NCBI GenBank assembly: GCA_900088475.1
Contig: FLMG01001070.1
Coordinates: forward strand, 62,001-126,000
From: Hyphochytrium catenoides
Lineage: Eukaryota; Protista; Hyphochytriomycota
DNA length: 64,000 nucleotides
Direction: 5' to 3'
Part shown: piece after piece, positions 1 through 12,132 of the stretch
How positions within the stretch are numbered: the stretch's first letter is position 1
How the letters are laid out: each line of letters begins with the position of its first letter
Notes under the pieces: generated by a model
Databases searched by the model: none
What the model saw: only the letters and a program-made list of their open reading frames with translations
What the model was told of the DNA's origin: nothing
Position numbers and translations under genes: made by a program

Positions 1-815
1 AGGAAGCAGCAGCAAGCAATGTCATCAAAAAGATAGTAGCACTGCAGTACAAATAGCTATTAGATTCTTCTTCTCTAGTACAAGCTGCTCTCAAGGATCA
101 CATCCTCAGCAGATCAACAATCATCATGAAGTGCTGCGTGGTGCCTGTGACTTGGTCAGGACTCAGGACCCGAACGACCTTGCTCCCTCCGATGACCAGG
201 TTAAGACCTGTCAGGGACCCAAAAGAAGACTTGTTGCTTGGGACCTCGTGTGAGAACCTGAAGGACGGACTTCTGAACCGAAAAGTCAATGGAGAACCTA
301 AATTGTGGCCTGAAGCTGACCCAAAAGACGAGTTGGACCAAGTTAAAAGCATTATCAGACCTGGGCGGGATTTAGAGGAAAAAGTCATGGACGAGGAATA
401 TCCGAAACTACTGGGCTCACTTGAAGTTGACCCGAACTATCCACCTGTCCTGCAGAAGTTATTGGTTACTAGGAGGCAATCATAGGCAAAAGCGGCTAAC
501 GGCGATCTGCTGTCATTGATTTTTATTAGAGCTTTGATGATAAGAGAGGAGGAAGGGATGATGTGTGATGCGAGCTCAGTTCTGTTTTGAAGGCCCACTG
601 AGGCTCAAGAAGGGTGATCGGTAGACGCTGATGAGACTAGAATAATGCAATCTACGAAGCCAATCCCCTGAGGACGTGCACCAACACTCACACCCCGTGT
701 ATCGCTATGGCGTAATCGGGGTCAGAGGGAGGATGAGTTTCTAAGCTTTGTAGAGACAATGTGGGAGAAGAGCTGAGTGGAGCCGCTCCGTCAGCGGGGT
801 CATCAACACAAGCCA

Positions 816-963
816 TTGCTTGCCTAATATCTGTCAAGACTACATTTACGTTCTCCTCGGTGGTATAGCTCGCCTAAGTTCCACCCTGCTTGCTTGCCTA
901 ATATCTGTCAAGACTACATTTACGTTCTCCTCGGTGGTATAGCTCGCCTAAGTTCCACCCTGC
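816..963. repeat. Perfect 74-bp tandem duplication (816-889 / 890-963)
   Basis: ttgcttgcctaatatctgtcaagactac...cctaagttccaccctgc occurs twice head-to-tail, ending 54 bp upstream of the ATG at 1018. Confidence 0.95.
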
Positions 964-1017
964 CGTGTTACTATCTTGTCTTATATAAGTCAACTGGCAA
1001 CTGGCGCAGTCAACAGT

Positions 1018-3311
1018 ATGGAGCTTTTCTTTACAATTGACCAGCGCCTGCATGGCAAAGGCCCTATTATATACAAGTGGAATCCACAAGGCTCCTTGGT
1101 TGCCTCCTCCGGCAGCTCTCGGGTCGTACAGCTATTTGACAGCAATGGAGAGATGGTAGACCAAGTGGTCCCTCCGTCACCGAGGTAAATATCTAATATC
1201 CTGGGCCTGTTTAATACCTCGGTTTCTTAGCCTGAAACAAATGCACAGTGTCGTGATGGCCCTAGAGTGGGACAAGAATGGCGTCATCTTAGCAATCATG
1301 CAGGACCATTCACCTATAATTGTGCTATGGCACTCAAGTACGAAGTCCTCACAGCAACTGGATGTCGGAGTGAAGGATCTAACTCTACTGTCGTGGTCGA
1401 GGACAGGGCCTCAGGTAAACTACCCAGACTTAATCTGGACTCTTCTCCCGTCAGCAGGACTAAGTGGAAGCCCTTCAGTTAGCAATCGGGACAGGAAAGG
1501 GCTCTGTAACGCTCTATAATTCTGCTTCAGGAGAGCGATGTACAGCACAAGCTAGGCATAAGAAACGAATCCTTTGTGGCGCCTGGAACAAAGAGAATAG
1601 GTTCGCCTATGGCTCAGAAGATAAGCAGGTACGAGAAGTCTAAAGAGCTCAACTCAAAAGAGCTGTTGCGGTTGCACGCAAGGACGTATCTGGGAGAGGG
1701 AAAGAGGGGGCTAGCGTGGAGGAAGAGGAAGGAAAGAGAAAGAAGGGAGAGTAACAGAAGAAATAGTGCAGTGGAAGTAAATTCTGAGCGGATATCGTCT
1801 CAGATTACCATATGCGATGCCCGTGGAGCGACATTAGACCAAATGAACATCAAGAGCCGACCGTTGGACATCGCGGTAAGGACTTTGATACGTACTGCTT
1901 ATCAGTCAGGCTGTGAGTCCAAGCCCTACACCGTCTCCCGTTGTGGTACTTGACGATTTTCTTGACGCTTAAGGGCGCGTACAGAAAGCATCTGGTCCTT
2001 GTTAAATCCTCTCGCTCTTCCCTGCTCTGCTCTGCTCTTTTATAATATGGTCATACTTATCTTCTCAGCTCCATCTTTTGCTCCTCTGCCTGGGGCTGAG
2101 CTGGTGCGTAATTTGATGCGCCGCCGGGACTTACCTTTTGATTCCTTTCTTTCCTCGCCCATAGTTTGGAGGTAGGACTGTAGACAATGAAGGAACGGTA
2201 TCCGTCAACATGGAGGGAAAGACCATTCTTCTTTACAACATGAACGAGAGAGAGAATGCGCTCGAGCTGGCGTTCCAACCCAAGTATGGCACAATAGTCT
2301 GCTACAGGTGGTTTGGAGATGGTTACATCCTGGCTGGCTTTGCCTCGGGCTTTGTCATTATGATCTCTACCCGTAAGTTCCTCTTCTCATACATGCCACC
2401 CCTTACCTCTATCTTGCTACCGGATATCTGTCGTCTCTGGGACTTTCGAGAGCTGCGTAGGCGTGACACGAAAGACCTGCTCACTTCTTGGTCCTGTAGA
2501 TCACAGGCTATTGGCTTCTCTCTATGCGGCTGCTTCATATGTGTTAGAAAGTCCTGGCTGGCTTGCGCTTTCTTCAAACGTCGTTCGTCATTTGTACCTC
2601 CTAGACTTGCAAAGTGCCGCCAATTCTTTTTTGTCTTATGAGTTTCCTCATCTGACATTTCTTATTCGTCTGAGTGCTGACCATGCTACCATTGTCTAGA
2701 TATCTCTGACATTGGCAAAGAGCAGATGAGTGCAAAGTTCCACTCTGACTCTATGCGTGACATTGCCCCCTTCTTCGAGAAGGCACAGATAGCTACTTGC
2801 AATGGCGACACTTTGAAGATTGTTGACTTGAAGAGTTGGAAGGTACGATCTCTCATCTCAACACTTCAGTATTTGGGAGTTCAGTGCGAACACCTCCATG
2901 GCCATTCGCGACTCTCTCCTACCTAAATGAACCTCAGGTTGGCTCGTTCCTGCATCCTTACGCTGACGGATCTCGTGGTCGCTTTCCTAGGAACTCACAA
3001 GTGAGAGCATAGCTAAAGAAGCAGGGTTGCTAGACAAGATCCAGTGGGCTGCCGACGGCGCCATACTAAGCGTCAGCAGCCGCAGCGGGTGCTTATACAA
3101 CTTCTTCGTGACGAGCAACAAGAAGCAGCCCCGTCTCTCTCCTCCTGCCGACTCCATGATGGTTTACACCCTTGGGTCCTTACTGCCCCTGGAGATGGTG
3201 GCGACCGTGTCGGTAGTACTCTTGGTATTGCTGTTTGGAACAGTTTATGGTCTCCAAGTCTCTCTCAGAGACTTGTTGAGCGCCATTTTCTCACTGCACG
3301 CAGTGATATAG
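1018..3311 (+). CDS. IFT144/WDR19-like protein: first WD40 propeller only plus C-terminal hydrophobic segment (about 405 aa, 7 exons)
   Basis: Stitched exons read MELFFTIDQRLHGKGPIIYKWNPQGSL..., VMALEWDKNGVILAI, LAIGTGKGSVTLYN...HKKRILCGAWNKENRFAYGSEDKQ, ELAFQPKYGTIVCYRWFGDGYILAGFASG, LDKIQWAADGAILSVSSRSGCLYNF. These are colinear with the N-terminal propeller of WDR19/IFT144. Introns are GT-AG; stop at 3309-3311. Confidence 0.85.
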
Positions 3312-3749
3312 GCCATGTCGAAAGAATTTCTCTTTCCAAAGAAGGGACGTGCAAGGTATTTGCGGTGATGAATGCATGCCAATGGCTCTTTTCCAGAGAG
3401 CAAGATGCCAGGGTGAGAAGGACAACATGTGGAGTTTGTGGAACTTCAGCTCTCTATCCGTCGTACATCGGGTGATTCTGGGTTCATACACGGGGTTGGA
3501 GACGTAGACTCAAAGGATGAGTAAGAGGAAAGACAAGAGCCTACCACCTCTAGAAATAGCATACGGGAGGAGCGACATGGGCCTGCAACAGGTCCACGGC
3601 GCGGAGCGCGCTCATACATGGTATGCTATTGCTTGTGGGTCACAATAGATTCTCTGGCATAATTTACAGCTGAATCATAAGTTATTTTGGGACATGAACT
3701 GGTGCATAGAGACCCATTTAAGGTGGATCCCAATGGACGTAGATCCCTT

Positions 3750-5391
3750 TCAATCTTCTGCATCTCCATTAGCCTGAGGCCCTGCTCCTTTCTGCTGGCT
3801 ATAGGCTGACTGCCGTGAGACCTTCACGCCGAACGTGAGAAAGGCTGTATGCCCTCTCATTACAGGCTCAGCCTTTGCAACAAGCCTTGGCTTCTTGTTA
3901 CTACCATCTGAGGACCGTACCGTTAATAGATGCATAACAGCGTCAATCAAGCGGAAAAGTTATACTCCCAACCGCGAGCAGAATTTAGTACGTGCAAGTA
4001 ACACAGTCGGATATGACAGACATGCAGAGGGGTCCAACGGGTCTATTGACTTCGAAAGACTGGCTGCGAAAAAAGGTATCAGAACTGCATTAGGGCAAGA
4101 AAGCACCACCTGAGCTAGGCACATGTAAGGCCGGACTACCAAAGTCTGGCTCCACTGGTTCATAGTTGCGTACATCATAGGTCTTGAGACGGGTCTCTAT
4201 CGTTTTGATCACTATAGACTTCTTCTTAGCATCAAAATGGATAGGGGCCACAGAGAGGACAAGCAACTCCAAGAGAGGTGTAGACAACAGATAATAAGAA
4301 GGCCGTACCCCAAAGCAAACGGACTCACTCTGAAATTTTAGTGCTCGCAACGCCTCACAGAACTTCTGTGTTTGCTCTATACAAGGTGAGTAAGAACAAA
4401 TACTCCCATAGTCCTTCAAAACGAAGGCTGCATGCTCGGCCGCCAGCCAGGGAGACGGAAGGTCAAGAAAGACAGCGTCTGCTCGACCCTTGAGACTATC
4501 TCCAAAGCCATCACTAGGGCCCGAACGAGAGAACGTCGAGGAGGGTACCGAGTGTGTGGGACAGAGGAGCGCGAAGCGAGGCACAACATGGCAAGAGCCA
4601 GGGTAAAAGCATGGGTGAGATGCGGGTTGACAAACTACAGGGCAGCATTTAACCCACCTGCAGACATCCCTGTGCTCTATGGTTACCACGTCCGCCATGC
4701 CGTTTACCAAAAATTCATCCCTATGGGTCGCCTTTGTTAGCCTGAAAAAGGAGAGATATGAAGAAGTCTCTGTGCTAACCTCGCTATCTCCGCTCGCGTC
4801 TCATTAAACTCAAATGTGTAGACATGACCATGGGGTGCCACTGCTCTAGCTAGCGCAGTTGTTAGCGCCCCACTGCCGGTACCTGAGGATTACATCGTGA
4901 GTGTCTTGGAAGGAAGGAAGGAAACTCTCATCTGCCATTACCCGACTCGACTACAATGCATCCAGGTCTGAGGTCCAAGTGTAAGCAAACGGCAGCGGCA
5001 TCTGAGGTGAAGACAATCTGCGTGCGGTGTCTTAGCGCCTGGTTCCACAACTCAGGAGTTGGCATTAAGACGAAGATCCAGCCGCCTTTCTTTCTAGAAT
5101 GAATCTATGTGGTGCAGCTGTTAGAATCTATTCTAGTCTAACCAGGTAGTCTCAAGGCATAAGTACCTTGGAGCCAAACGATTTGCCAATAATATCATCA
5201 TGAAAGAAGGCGCCGTACTTGTTCTGGTATATTTTGCCATGCGTGGCGTATTCAAAGGAGAGCGAGTCATGTCGCTCAAAAATAATAAATAGATCTCCCT
5301 CCTTAATAGTGTTGGACGGAGTTACACGTGTCAACGGGCATGAGCTGGAGCCATCGGCGTCGGACCTGACTGCATACTTTGTGAAGTCCAT
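3750..5391 (-). CDS. TRM61: tRNA (adenine58-N1)-methyltransferase catalytic subunit (multi-exon)
   Basis: Exons encode [91 protein letters not shown], all typical of Trm61/GCD14. Confidence 0.93.
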
Positions 5392-5922
5392 GAGGTACAC
5401 CTTGCCAAGGCTGGAAGCAGTTTAGAAGGTGGTGCACCTGGAGAGAGATAGACAGCCAACTGTGCTGGGAAGGCAAGGCCCGGTATCGGTGCTGATCACA
5501 TACCACCGACCGAGTAACGTGTATTGAGATGGAAAGAGATCTCCATGAGCTGATGATCAGAAAGAAATGGAGATTGCAGACAGAGCTCACCTGATGCCCG
5601 ATGAATGGAGGTGGATCAGTGTACAGTAACCGATATAAACTCAACAGAGATCAGGAAGAAAGATTACTGCTTTTAAGGTGCGGAGATTGGCCGTTACCTG
5701 TCTCCATCGCGCCAACAGCCGCAGCTCACTCACCCTTTCCTAGTTCCTTGCTGTCTGTTGGTACAATGGAGACAGCTATTGGCTCACCCAAGTATCATCA
5801 TAAGCCAACATTGCCAGCCATGAGGAGCACCACCAGAGCCTAATCAGAACGCAGGAGAGAATGTGCCGGCTATAGTGTCCTCAGAGCCCGCTTCAGAGAT
5901 ATTAGGAGTCAAGCCTGTCAGT

Positions 5923-6372
5923 ATGGAGAAGGTAGCAACCCCAATAAACGAGCAGGAGCTCAAGAAGGTCATGTCAAAGCCCATGATCAAGGTATTGTTG
6001 ATTGCAGAGTCACCCGAGACTCGTTGAGGAGCTAAATCTTTGTTCAGACTGTAGACATGACAGCAGAGACTAGTAGCGAAGCGCTTGAGATCATAACAAT
6101 GGCTGTTGATAAGTACGCTGCGACTAAGAATTACGAGGTACGGTCCAGGTCACCGTTTGTCTGCCAAATGGTCCTAAAGTGTGACTAGCTAAGACTTACC
6201 TGCTCAGTCTGCAGCGCAGCTGATCAAGACACAGATGGACAAGAAGTTTGGGACAAGTTGGCAATGTGCAATCGGTGAAGGTTTCGGATTTGATGTTCAG
6301 TATCAGCAGCGCAATATGATTTTTGTCTACTACGGGGTGATGGCTATCGGTATACTGTTGTACAAGTGTTAG
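5923..6372 (+). CDS. DNAL4: Axonemal dynein light chain 4 (LC8 family), 107 aa, exons 5923-5991, 6048-6137, 6208-6372
   Basis: MEKVATPINEQELKKVMSKPMIK|TVDMTAETSSEALEIITMAVDKYAATKNYE|SAAQLIKTQMDKKFGTSWQCAIGEGFGFDVQYQQRNMIFVYYGVMAIGILLYKC*; not captured by the ORF track. Confidence 0.9.
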
Positions 6373-6712
6373 TTGATTCACATAAAGGTAACGATGTACA
6401 TAGCCCTCTGGTACTCTCCGTAGCTGTGTTTTGGCAGTACTGCCCGGACAGTGCGATGAAAGATGGGTTCGCAATCAGAAACTCTAGCTACACCGAGCAA
6501 CCAAACGCGTGAGTTTTCACCACCGGTTGTTGCTTAAATAAGGGTTGGCGGAGGGCCCTAGAACCAGGCGCCATGTAAAATATAGTATGTACTGGAGATA
6601 GCCTTCTCTTCCATCACTGGGCATGCAGCCCGCGTCTGTAGGCCACTCAAGAGCTGTAGGGCTGACTCGGAAACCTAGATTGCAACGCAATCGCTTAGCA
6701 CGCATAAAGGTG

Positions 6713-7291
6713 TCAGAATAGAGGCGTGAACAACCACTTACTCTGCTCAGGGAAGTTCTCTGCCACGCTTCTTAAGGGGGCCATCTGCCAGGTGATAGGG
6801 CGGCTTCGGAACGAACGGACATTCCGTTTGTTCTCCTCTTCTCTCTTCTCCGTGGAGGTGCTAAAGTTTACTTTTCGGAAATAAACTCCAGCTCCATGCA
6901 CACAGTGTCGTTCGTCTGTTGGTGTCTGATATCCCTCTCCTCTAAAGACGTGGCCTAGGTGGCCACCGCAACAAGCACACGCAACTTCGTTGATGGGAGC
7001 AGAGGCCTTACTTTTTTGTCCTAAACCAGGTGACTCTACTGCTCCTGGAAGCGCCTGAAAGAACGATGGCCAACCAGTGCCGGAGTCAAATTTGTGTGTT
7101 GACTGATAGAGAGGGGAATTACATCCTGCGCAATGGTAGATGCCAGAATCAAAGTTCTTCTCGTGCTTGTCCCATCCTGACGTCTCATCCTTCTTCAATC
7201 TCAGCACTTCATACTGTTCCTTCGATAGATGTTGCTGCCACTCACTCGATGTCCACTTGCGGTATAACTCACAGCTATAATCGTCGCACAT
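6713..7291 (-). CDS. msrB: Peptide methionine sulfoxide reductase MsrB (Zn-binding, intronless, divergent)
   Basis: EWQQHLSKEQYEVLR, GIYHCAGC, KFDSGTGWPSF, CACCGGHLGHVF, ERHCV; two CxxC motifs. Confidence 0.88.
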   Translation of the reverse strand: MCDDYSCELYRKWTSSEWQQHLSKEQYEVLRLKKDETSGWDKHEKNFDSGIYHCAGCNSPLYQSTHKFDSGTGWPSFFQALPGAVESPGLGQKSKASAPINEVACACCGGHLGHVFRGEGYQTPTDERHCVHGAGVYFRKVNFSTSTEKREEENKRNVRSFRSRPITWQMAPLRSVAENFPEQSKWLFTPLF

Positions 7292-10200
7292 GTCACTTCA
7301 TCGATGCCTGACTGCTCAGGACGAGAGAGAAGTGACGACCAGCACCATTAAGCGCAGTCGCATAGCCCACACTATCCTTTTCCCAGACACAAGTTTCACG
7401 CCGGAGTAGAGTCGTAGACAGCCCAAAGGTTCTAGTACCCTGACGCTTATCTGCAGCCGTTAGCCCCCTAATCTGCTGGCAAGTATCTTTTTGTCGCTCT
7501 GCTGTCAATAGCTCTGAATGCAATAGCTCTGTGACGACGGTGGTCAGGGTCAGAAGAAAGACTTCTCTAGTGGTTCCGAGTGGCTGCTGTCGTACCATCC
7601 AGAGGCTGATGAGGATTGCAGTGCAGCATGACGGTCATCAGTCATCAGAGGCAGCAGACAGAGACAGAGCACACAAACCAACCTGTGTTTCCCCTGTTGC
7701 ACTTCTCAGCGTTCCTGATATGGAGGTAATATTTCTGAATAAACAGAGTCATTGCAGACTGAACCCAACATTGTTGGGGAGTTGTAAATCGCAAATGTTG
7801 TGTATTCTTAATATGTGACCTTCTTAGCGCATGAAGGAAGGAAGAGGGTTAGTGTGCTTGTCAGTCGTTTTTACCCTGCGCTTCTTTGTCCCTCTCGTAC
7901 TTCCCCCTTCATAACTCTTTTTACATCAATCATCACTCTCCTCCTCTGACCCCTTCTTTCTCTGTCTCTCGACAGCATCCACCACAACACTTCCTGTCCT
8001 CTCTCCCCTCTCTCAGAACATCAAGAAAGCCCCCAATTTCAACTAGGGTATCATGGTCAACTTGGCTGACCTAGGTAATAGCATCAGATTAGCGCACGAG
8101 AGAGGATTGAAGATATGGGCGGGTACCCATTAGGGTGAGCATATCAAGGGTTCTGACAGTTCTGACATCTTGTTCTCTTTGGATACGGGAGATGATGATG
8201 AGGGACGCTGATGCTCCGTCCTGATGATAAAGCTTCTTTGGGCCATGGAAGAGGTGTCCTGCTCTGCTGCTGCAGCGTCAAGGGGGTCTAACCAGTTAGT
8301 TGTCGCCGGTATCCATCTCACCCATCTGCCTGTCTCCATCAGGATGAGTTCAGCAACAATAAGACAGCCAGCCATCCTGGACTGGAAATCTAGCGAGGAG
8401 TTACTTGGAGCCCTAGCCTCCTCCTATGTGGATAATAAGCCCCCACTGGTGGTCACTTAGTAATAAAGGCTCTGCTCTCCTCATGATGGATGATGGTACC
8501 GGTTCCTTCAGCTATTATCAGCTCCTTTTCCCAGCATCGTCTCTATCTTTCGTCCTCCTCTTCTCCTCCCTCCCAGCAGCAGCCAGCACCTGTCATGGAG
8601 GAAGTAATTGTAGCATTTTTGCAGGAGGTTGCAAGACGTAAGGTAAGCGGAAGGCTGAGATAGTACGTTGATGCTGGAAGAGGAACGCCTTGCTTGTTGT
8701 TGACCATCTCTGTGGCCGGTGCGAAGTACTTTTTTGCGATGGAAAGCATTTACTCGTGGCAGTTCTCTGGCAAGGCCTTAAAGCTACAGCTCTGATGGCT
8801 ATTCCGACGGTGGCTCTGGAGAGCGAGACTACAATGACGACAGTGGCTGGCCTAGGACCCTCCATATAGTGTTCAAACATTTTGCTGCTGCTGATCATAA
8901 GAGGGGATTCGGTGCAGGACGTAGGAACTTAGACAGGGCTTCTGGGAGGGCCTGTTTGACTCCTCCCCTTAACCTTCGTGGTCGTCAAAAGCTAATGTTA
9001 CTGGCAGCACTAGGTGACTTTACCTTCTACTTCTCACTCATCAATAGTAGCATGTTTCCATTGTCTTGGCACTCACATTTCTTGAAATCGTGAGCCTAGG
9101 ACAGCTCCCTTTTTGTCTTCTTACTAGTGCGAAGTGTCAAATCCTCGTTTGGACGGGCTAGCTCCTACAAAAGCCCACGCTAGGTGCGCAAGGAACTGTC
9201 GGATCCAGTTCCCAGTGAAGCTCTGCTATTTGCAGCTGCCACTCCGAATGACCTAAAAACTCACCTTTATCAATGAGGGGCCACTGTATCGAGGAACATG
9301 CACCGGCTAACTTCTACAAGATGGTGTCATCTGGAGGCGCCATCAGCGATGATCTATAACAACTAATGCAAATGGCCGCAACCTCCTAGTAAGGAACATC
9401 ATACACATGCAAAGGATGACGCTCTAAACTACGCTTGTGAATGAGATAGCTATCAAATGCTCTCATTGGTCGGAAGCAAACGAGGTTGAATATTGGTTTT
9501 CTAATTTGGTGACAGCGATTGGATACACGCCTCATCTTAGGCAAGGAGCAGCAGTAAAGGCAGAAATACTGAGTTCTTGGGGATTGCAATTTTTATTGTA
9601 AGAATAGAGACAATATCTTGGGGTTTGATGGCTGGAAGCAAGAATAGGCTTGTCGGCTGGCATACAGATGCAAGGGCACGAGCTATATAGAGCGACATCA
9701 GACCACTGCAAATTGTCGCTTTTGGGAAAGCTACGCCCCACCCGATGCTCTCACTCAGTAAGTGAACGAAGTCATCGGGTCCCTAACTCAAGGATGGCAT
9801 CTATCGTTGGCTGATGGCTCAGGAGAAAGTGTGTGCTGCGTCTCTGTAGGTTTCCCCTTGACCGGCAAGAGGTATCGCAGTTGCACCAGACTGATAGCGA
9901 TCTCGGACTGATTGGGCACATGAATGAAGGTAGATGCATGAGCAATGACAAGGACTGTAGGGTCGTGGGCATCGGCCTGTCCAAAACTCCACCTTCTTTC
10001 CTGCAAGTCCCAGTCACAACCTTTCGGCAGAAAGGTTCGAGTTTCCGTAATCTACTCCAAAATTCGGCACCACCAACCCTTGTGTTGCCGTAAGCCGCCA
10101 CTGCCTTCTCACAATCCCCAAGAGGATATTGGCGAGCTGGCATCAGAACCCTGATTCAACAGACACACTCGTCCCATGTTCTACCAATGAAGCCTGCCAT

Positions 10201-10609
10201 TACCACCATCATTTGTCCCCTCGCGCTAGCTCAATAAGCGACAACCATTCACATTGTCGGTTCTTAAGCTCACAACCCCAGGTAGTTCGCAGAGGCAACT
10301 TCTAATCACGCTGACTCCATGTGCTCCTGTGTACCTGCCGGTAGCTAGCATTCTCGTAGCCTATTAAGTCAAAACCTGAGGTACCATGCCTGGGGAACTT
10401 TACCTCTTGCCAAATGAAACCAGACGTATCGCAATATCTTTTGCGTCACCGAGCACTCTCGGTATGCTGCGAGCTACATTCTGTGAGTCTAGGCCTCAAT
10501 GACTCTACTCGTCTGAATGCTAAAGGTAGACGCTACAGATGGCGTTAGGAGGACTTGGAAGCTTTTTATTTTACCGAATCAACAATAATGGTATGTTCGG
10601 CCAACCGCT

Positions 10610-11078
10610 TTAGATGTCCTTGCGCTGGAGTCCTATTTGAAGAACAATCTTAGTCCATTTAGCACCACGCGGAATATGATAAGTGTAACCGCACCTGGGG
10701 GAAGGGACTGGGTGAGCTTGTCAGCCTTCTCCGAGTCCGTAACAGTCAGGGTGTAGAGATACTTGGAGCACCGAATCTTGAACTTGGTGATGCCCGGGCT
10801 CTTCTTGATCTTTACAGACCGAGCATCCTTTCTGCGAGCCTTCTGGAGGAAGTCGCGGATATCACTAATCTGCTTCGGCTATAGACATACGCGATACGTG
10901 GGAAGGGTACGTTAGCGACCAGAGTCTCCGTGTACTGAGCTTCCCACCCAGATAAAAAGACCAATGTAGAGGAAGCAAGATCTGCCGTTACAGCAAAACA
11001 TTACCCGCCGACCACGTTGACTACGAGGCACAAGCCCTTGCCGAGAAGCTTTACCTAGCTCTCAATAAACCTTACCAT
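10610..11078 (-). CDS. RPL38: 60S ribosomal protein L38 (exons 11078-11076 ATG only, 10878-10695, about 10632-10610)
   Basis: M|[62 protein letters not shown]|LQRKDI*; canonical GT-AG introns. Confidence 0.95.
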
Positions 11079-12132
11079 GGTTGCTTTCAAGTTAGAAGTC
11101 CAGTGCTCTAACACACAGGAACAAGTCTCCTCCCAGGACGTTTAGGAACTAATGTGTATCAACGTTTAACGCAGACCAGTCTTCATGAAAACTCAATAAC
11201 AGGAGGCATACCTATTGGCGAACATTTTAATAATAGGCCCGCCAGCGGCGAGACTTAGAACCTCTCTCAAGCAGTAATAATATCGTTGCCACCCAACCAT
11301 CATCGCCACCACTGGTTGCGAAGAGATCACCTCATATCAAATAGTCATGATAATCATAGTGCATGCTACTTCTTCATAGATCTTTCTGATTTGGCTATGA
11401 CCATATCTGGAATAACAGGTGGTTCTATCTGTAGAAATGTGTTATTTTACCCTAACTATACTTGATAACCTAGGGGTGCCAACTAGTAAAAGGTAGACGC
11501 CTATTAAATTATACAAGACTTACCCTCTTCTAAGCTTTCTACTAATTAATATGCTAGCCTAGCAGCCAAAGGACGGTTTTGCACGGTAGTCTGTGTTCGA
11601 AACGAAGCTTCTTCCAACTCCCAGGAGGAGGTCTGAGCCTCGATCTCTCAGACGGGAAGGTCAATGCAAAATGAAAGGTCAAGCAAGGCGGCGGGCGATG
11701 CAGTGCCGTCAGCTTCAACCTGGCCCACGGTAGCGCTGAGGATGCTGCTCCTTCGCCCAGACGGCACGTGCAGAGAGAGGCGTGCAATGAGACTATGAGA
11801 CGGAAGAGTTACGGCGCTTGCCATCGGAGATAGGGCCCATCGACAGAAAGTCCCCCAGATCTGTCTTGCTGTCTCTGATATTTAAGCGCTGACTGAGACC
11901 ATTTGGCATTGTATGTTAAGGCCGAGTACAGAATAGGTGCTCATTCTTTCGAGAACGCAGCCACGCGCTGGGAGTGAGCCTGTATGTCATTCTAATACGC
12001 CATGAGCCCAGCTTGTGGACATTGAGTCTGTAGGCTCAATCAACCTTGCCTGCAGTATAGCCGTTAATACGTCCCGATCGTATCGCCCTGGAGGACTCGA
12101 CGTACCCAGAAGCTGAACACTTCGGGGCAGAA

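Noticed and set aside
816-963. Direct repeats considered as CRISPR or LTR
   Set aside because: Only two abutting units with no spacer or internal sequence, in a eukaryotic context
10030-10060. GGTTCGAG resembling a tRNA T-loop
   Set aside because: No cloverleaf, D-arm or acceptor stem can be formed
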